Below are positions 58,844-64,000 of a stretch of 64,000 nucleotides of DNA, in pieces. The notes below the pieces were generated by a model. It was not told the origin of the DNA and made no database searches. It saw only the letters and a program-made list of their open reading frames with translations. The stretch comes from Chlorokybus atmophyticus (taxonomy: Eukaryota; Plantae; Mesostigma and Chlorokybus algae): contig RHPI01000560.1 of assembly GCA_009103225.1 (NCBI GenBank), positions 599,379 through 663,378 on the forward strand, written 5' to 3'. Position 1 is the stretch's first letter; every line of letters begins with the position of its first letter. The translations under genes and the position numbers were made by a program.

Positions 58844-60840
58844 TCACGATAGATATCTACCAGACGCATGCAGCTCGCGTATATCGCTCGGGCCCAGCAG
58901 GCGATGCACGTCGGGAGTGGGCACCTCCACCAGACTGACTGCACAATCCGCCATCCTGCATGAAACCACACCAAATGTGTGCGTATCCGTGTGTGTGGGC
59001 ATATCCGTGTGCTTGCGTGCGCATGCATATACGGCATGCGTACAGCACGTGCGTACACGTCCACATGGATGGCGCCTTCAAGGAATGGTCCCAAGCTGCT
59101 CCCGCCAAACCGTCGCCACAGATGCAAGCAGGGTGCCAGCAAAGTCGAGCCTGAATATCAGCAACAAACACGACGGAACATATTACCACTCTCTTACTTA
59201 GCGAATCTTAGTAAATAATATGTAGGAAACAAACGTATCACAAGCAACATCAGCCAAAATAATCCATGCTTGCGTGTGAGTGGCATACAAGCAGCTTGTG
59301 CGGGCCAGTTTGACAGATACACAGTGGCACAAAGTGAGACAACAACTCCTTACCTACTCGCTCCATGCCATACAGAAACCCGGGCCTCAGAACACTGGTT
59401 GAAAGCCCTCTTGTGCTCTCCTGCAAATGGTAGCAGACAAAGCGTCGTATGTAGCAACATAGCAGTCTGTCAGCGTCATCTACGGTGTTCACATGACAAT
59501 CAGTGTCTAGGCGTACGCATGCACGCATACACGCACGCGCATGTGTGTGTGCGTGTGTATGTGTGGTAAGGCAGTGCACGCGTGCGAGCGTGTTGTAAGC
59601 GCATCATGTGTGTGCATGTGTGCGTGCGTGCATCACAGCATCACTACCAGCAGCGACTCGGCCTTGCGCTTGGATGCGACGGCGTCTTGATGCGCGAGCG
59701 GCGGGCTCGATATCGCCGACACCAGCACGAAAGACGACGCGCCGATGTGCTCAGCAGCCTTCAGCGTCTGATATCGCAGAGGATAGTAGAAATGTACGCA
59801 TTGTGGTTAGATAAGTTGCCTGTGTATAAGTTTAAGAGGGCACACGGTATGCATTGAGAGTCGTCACGCACATTGCGCACGGACACGATATTCACGTCCT
59901 CGAGGGTTCGGTTGGGGTACTGCCTGTCGTCCTTGAACGTGCCAACCTGCACACGCGTGTGTATAGAAGTGTGGTGAGTGGTGCATTCTGGTGCAGGGCT
60001 GGCAGCAGTATCAGCTTGCGTGCGTGCATGTGTGTTTATGTGTGTGTGCGCGTGTGTGCACACACAAGCGCACGGGCATGCGCGCATGTGGTCGCATGCG
60101 ACACATCAACCCAAACACACGCATATGCACACATTGTTGAAGTTGTGGCCAATATGCTGAGCAACCATCATCATCAAGTTGAGTATACACCTACTGCGTG
60201 CAATATGGCGCTGCAGCCTTGCAGTGCTTTCTCAAGTGCAGGGATTGCGGTCGGCTTGCACACGTCCACTCGCCTGAACCGATGATGGTTGTTAGTACTT
60301 GAACAAACAACACGGATGAGAGACAATCATCATGACACAGTTAAAGCTGTGCTTCATACAGCAGTGAAACTTGTAACTTGACAACGTGCTATGACATGCT
60401 GCGGCAGCTAGGGGCTGTTCTGTGCTTGGCTGTGCCTATTGCATTGTCTGTTCAAAGCTCATGATGTGGACTCCCGCATGTGTGAGGACGCGCGCACACA
60501 CTGGCGTAAAGGCATGCGTGCGCGCGTCCATGTGTGTGTGCGTGCGTGCGTGTGTTGGAGGGTGTCTCAATCCACTCACCTCCACACCACGGAGTCGGCC
60601 CAGAACGGCGTCAACGCCCCCTGAAACTGCGAGAACTGGTGCCCCGACTGCCCACACACAACCACACATCACTCAAACCTCCTCATTTCACATGATGATG
60701 TTGCACTGGACAGTACTCACGTAAGGGTAGCATCCCTGCAGGCTCACGCTGACGACGTCGAGCCCGCGCTTGATCCCTGCCTTGCAGAGGGCGCGGCCGA
60801 CGAAACCCGTGCCGCCCACCACGCCGATGCGCACGCTCAT
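58844..60840 (-). CDS. NAD(P)-binding Rossmann-fold atypical SDR/epimerase (Coq11/NDUFA9-like family), multi-exon
   Basis: 'MSVRIGVVGGTGFVGRALCKAG', 'WADSVVWR|RVDV', 'AILHA|VGTF', 'FVLVSA..SKRKAE', 'VLRPGFLYG'; stop at 58844-58846. Confidence 0.85.
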
Positions 60841-61582
60841 GCCTGCGTGTGGGTGAGTATGGGTGGGTGAGTGGGTCAGTGGGTGTGCGCGAGAGAATGT
60901 GGGGGGGATGTCTGGTCGTGTGTGGGCGCGAAGGTGTATGTGTGCGCAGGTGTGCACGCACGCACGCGCGCGTATGTGTATGTATGCGCATGCATGTTCA
61001 AGAGTGTGCAAAAATGACGCTTTGCTCAGAGTAAATGACAACAATTGATACTGCTAGCAAACACCACAGCGATGCGCACTCAGAAATGAAGAAAACTTCA
61101 GAGCTGAAACACCCCCCAGTCCTGGTCTGTGTGCGAGCCTTGTGCTCTCACACGCTCTGCTGCTTTCTCAGCCATGATGTGAGCTGCTTCAAGCAGCACT
61201 TGCATGCAAAAGGTGTAATTATACCGTCAAACAAAAACTGCTCTAGCTAAGCATGCATGTGTGATTAGACTATCCTAGGCTTGCAGGTTTGCTCAGGCTC
61301 AGAACGCAACAGCTTGTTCGCCGATCAATAACGCACAAACCTTCTCGCTGAGTATGTATGTCTGCTGTGAGAAAGCTAGCTGCCTCTACCCACGCATGCG
61401 TTGCCAGCGCATACGCGTCGTCGTCGCCGCCATCATCGACATCGCCGCCGCAGGCAGGTTGCCGTCTCAGTCAAGGCTGAGATTTAATTACTCCATACCA
61501 AGGTTAGCTAACTTGAGAACTAGCTACGATGCACATGTGAGGCAAGCAGTGACACTCAGTTAGTTGACTGGTGGAACCAACC

Positions 61583-63691
61583 ATGGCGGCGGTGGCGGCG
61601 AGGTTGCCCGCGGCGTGGACGTCGTTGTCGTCGTCGTCGTCGTCGTCATCGCCTTCGTATCTAGCAGCGTCTACGTTACGACCCACTCAACGACACCAGC
61701 AATGGCGCAAGCAACAGCCCTCCAGGCTCCCGCCGCCGCCGCCTGCGCTGGCCCTGCAGCTGCTGCCGCCCCGGAGCAGCTGCAGGCGGCGGCGGAGGAC
61801 ACCGTCGGCGAGGTGCTCAGACTTCTCCTCTCCCTCCTCATCGTCGTCGTCCGTAGAGTCATCATCGTCGTCGTCGTTGTCGCTGGCGGAGGAGGTGGCG
61901 GAGCTGCTTGAGGGGGTGTCGGTTTATATTGTGGGCATGATGGGAAGCGGCAAAACGACTGTGGCAGCAGCGTTGGCGTCAGCTCTAGGGTGAGTTTCAA
62001 TATTGCATGTCATCATGCATTTGTAGAGTTTGTGATTATAGTCAAGCAATCCAAAAGCATGTGCAATGCAACCAACTCCACTTCTTCATATACATATACA
62101 CAAGCGCATACAAGCCAGTTGTTACTTACATTGCAATTGCTTGCGCACACGCACTGCATTGCTTTTGCGACACACATTGCGCTTATGTCTGTACAAGAAG
62201 GGCGTTGCACAGACACATGTGCAAGAGATTGGTTACATGAGGCTGTGCAGTGTTTCATACTGCAATACTTTATCCATGACATGGCACATGCTATTGGAAC
62301 GCGTATGTACAAAGCCCAGCATGTGATGCATATGTACTTGCGTCTGTGAGTAGCTGCTTCCAATGGCAATCGCATGGTGTTGGTGTGCAACCAAAAGGCA
62401 CATACACCCCTCTTGCGTGGATTTGCATCACATTGTGTCGTATAGTAAATGGCAGTGATCAACATACGCGTGCATAGAGTGCTTGTGTACACGCGATCCC
62501 ATGCGGTGGTTTTATGCGCACTTACGCCCACACGCCCATGCGTATGCATGCATACACTCACAAACACGCACGTACAGACCTGCACATGCGTCCGCGCGTG
62601 CACACATACGCCCGTCAATGCCTGCACGCTCACTACTGTTTTCAAGCACACGCATGCACGCACGCACGCGCGTGCCTAATGCATGCGCGGTTGTTCAGGT
62701 ACGCGTGCCTGGACTGCGACTCATTGCTTGTGGCTGCGGCCGGCAACCGCCCCATCCGTGTTATATTTGCCGAGGAGGGAGAAGATGCTTTCAGAGACGC
62801 GGAGTCGGCGGTGCTGAGCCAGGCGTCCGCCTACAAGCGCGTCGTGCTCAGCACGGGGGGAGGGGTCGTGCTGAGGGGGAGCAACTGGGGACACCTGCAC
62901 GCGGGACTCGTCGTGTGGTTGGACGTGCCAGTCGAGGTGGGTTATGGGTTGGTTATGGTACATGTCGTGTTTGACATGCGAGTAGGGGGTGATGTGTGTC
63001 GGCGCGTGCGGTTGAGTGCATGCACGGCAGCTGTTGACATGTGTGCGTGCGGTGTGGCTGTTATGGTGACATCAGCTTGTATTGGAATGCTGGTTGTTGC
63101 CTGTGCACACACATGCATGCATGAGCGCATAATCTCACACGCATACCAGGATGCGCGTCTACACGTTTTTGTTTGTAAGCTGTGTGCACAGTCCTGCACC
63201 TGACACACACGCACATGCACGTGTACCATCTGGTTGCACGCGAATGCGCGTGCAACCAGGTGCGCTCCTGCATGTTCTTGCTCGTGCGGGCGTTTTCATG
63301 CGCAATTATGCACTGCATGCATGTACATTCACAATCCCACGCACGCACACGCACACGAGCACAAGCACAACCATGCAAACAAGCATATGCTCCCGCACAC
63401 ACACATCTCCTCCACCACTCTACTCAACCTTCCTCCCCTCACCAACCCCACCATTCACATCCTCCCCTCCTTCGCAGCACCTAGCGGCTCGCGTCATCCA
63501 CGACGGCGCGTCCTCTCGTCCCCTGGTAGCTTCCGCGTCGTCGCAGTCGTCGTCCTCCTCCTCCGACGATGACGAAGCGGACGCGTACTCGGCGGCATAC
63601 GAGCGCCTGAGCGGTATCTTGAGAGAGAGGAGGGCGCTGTACGAGCAGGCGGACGTGGTGGTGAAGATCGACGGGGGGAGCGGACAGGAAG
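61583..63691 (+). CDS. SK1: Plastid-targeted shikimate kinase; three exons seen, C-terminal exon(s) probably lie beyond 63691
   Basis: Ser/Ala-rich transit peptide; P-loop 'VGMMGSGKTT'; 'IFAEEGEDAFRDAES', 'STGGGVV', 'VWLDVP', 'ERRALYEQAD'. Confidence 0.9.
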
Positions 63692-64000
63692 GTGAGGGGA
63701 GGAGTGCAAATCAACAAGCTGTTGACTGGATGGAGTTGATGGCTTGTTCTGTTTGTTTGTTTTGCGATGTTTGTCCCCGTTTCTCGCATTGGTGATGCAT
63801 GCACGTGTTTGCGCATGCGCGCACATGTACATGCGGACGCACGCATCTACCTGTGCGCACATACAGCCACATGCGCAAGCACGCACCCACACATGCGGGT
63901 ACGCTGACATCGACACTCATCTACTCACGTTCATCCACGCACGCACACACGCGCGGGTACACCCGTATATGCCCGCACCCCCCCCTCACTCTTCTCCCCC

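Noticed and set aside
51700-64000. Many 60-240-aa ORFs rich in C/V/H/M/A/R in the ORF track
   Set aside because: They are translations of (GCAT/ACGC/GT)n-rich introns or antisense frames of real exons

Overview
Eukaryotic genomic DNA with GT-AG introns and plant-type genes. It is most consistent with an early-diverging streptophyte or green alga (inference). Three zones. (1) 0.25-8.6 kb: a multi-exon MBD9-like chromatin gene on the minus strand. (2) About 9.1-45.4 kb: a nested transposon cluster. It holds a disrupted minus-strand gene with a ParB/Srx-like N-terminal domain, a degenerate beta-class N6/N4-DNA-methyltransferase-like domain and a PHD-like finger. That gene is interrupted by a Ty1/copia element (TSD GCTCA) and by a head-to-head composite Ty3/gypsy insertion (chromovirus plus a chimeric TRIM-like element, single TSD GGTCC). 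The chromovirus has an extra Dam-methylase-like segment between Gag and protease. The zone also holds palindromic repeat arrays, two halves of a stand-alone integrase, and a decayed Gypsy with a C5-cytosine methyltransferase in pol and a PHD finger after the integrase. (3) 45.5-64 kb: host genes, namely a FOX1-type six-domain multicopper ferroxidase, a NERD-like PHD-SWIB-Plus3-GYF-CCCH gene, an atypical SDR/epimerase and a plastid shikimate kinase. All domain calls are by-eye motif recognition; no database searches were run.
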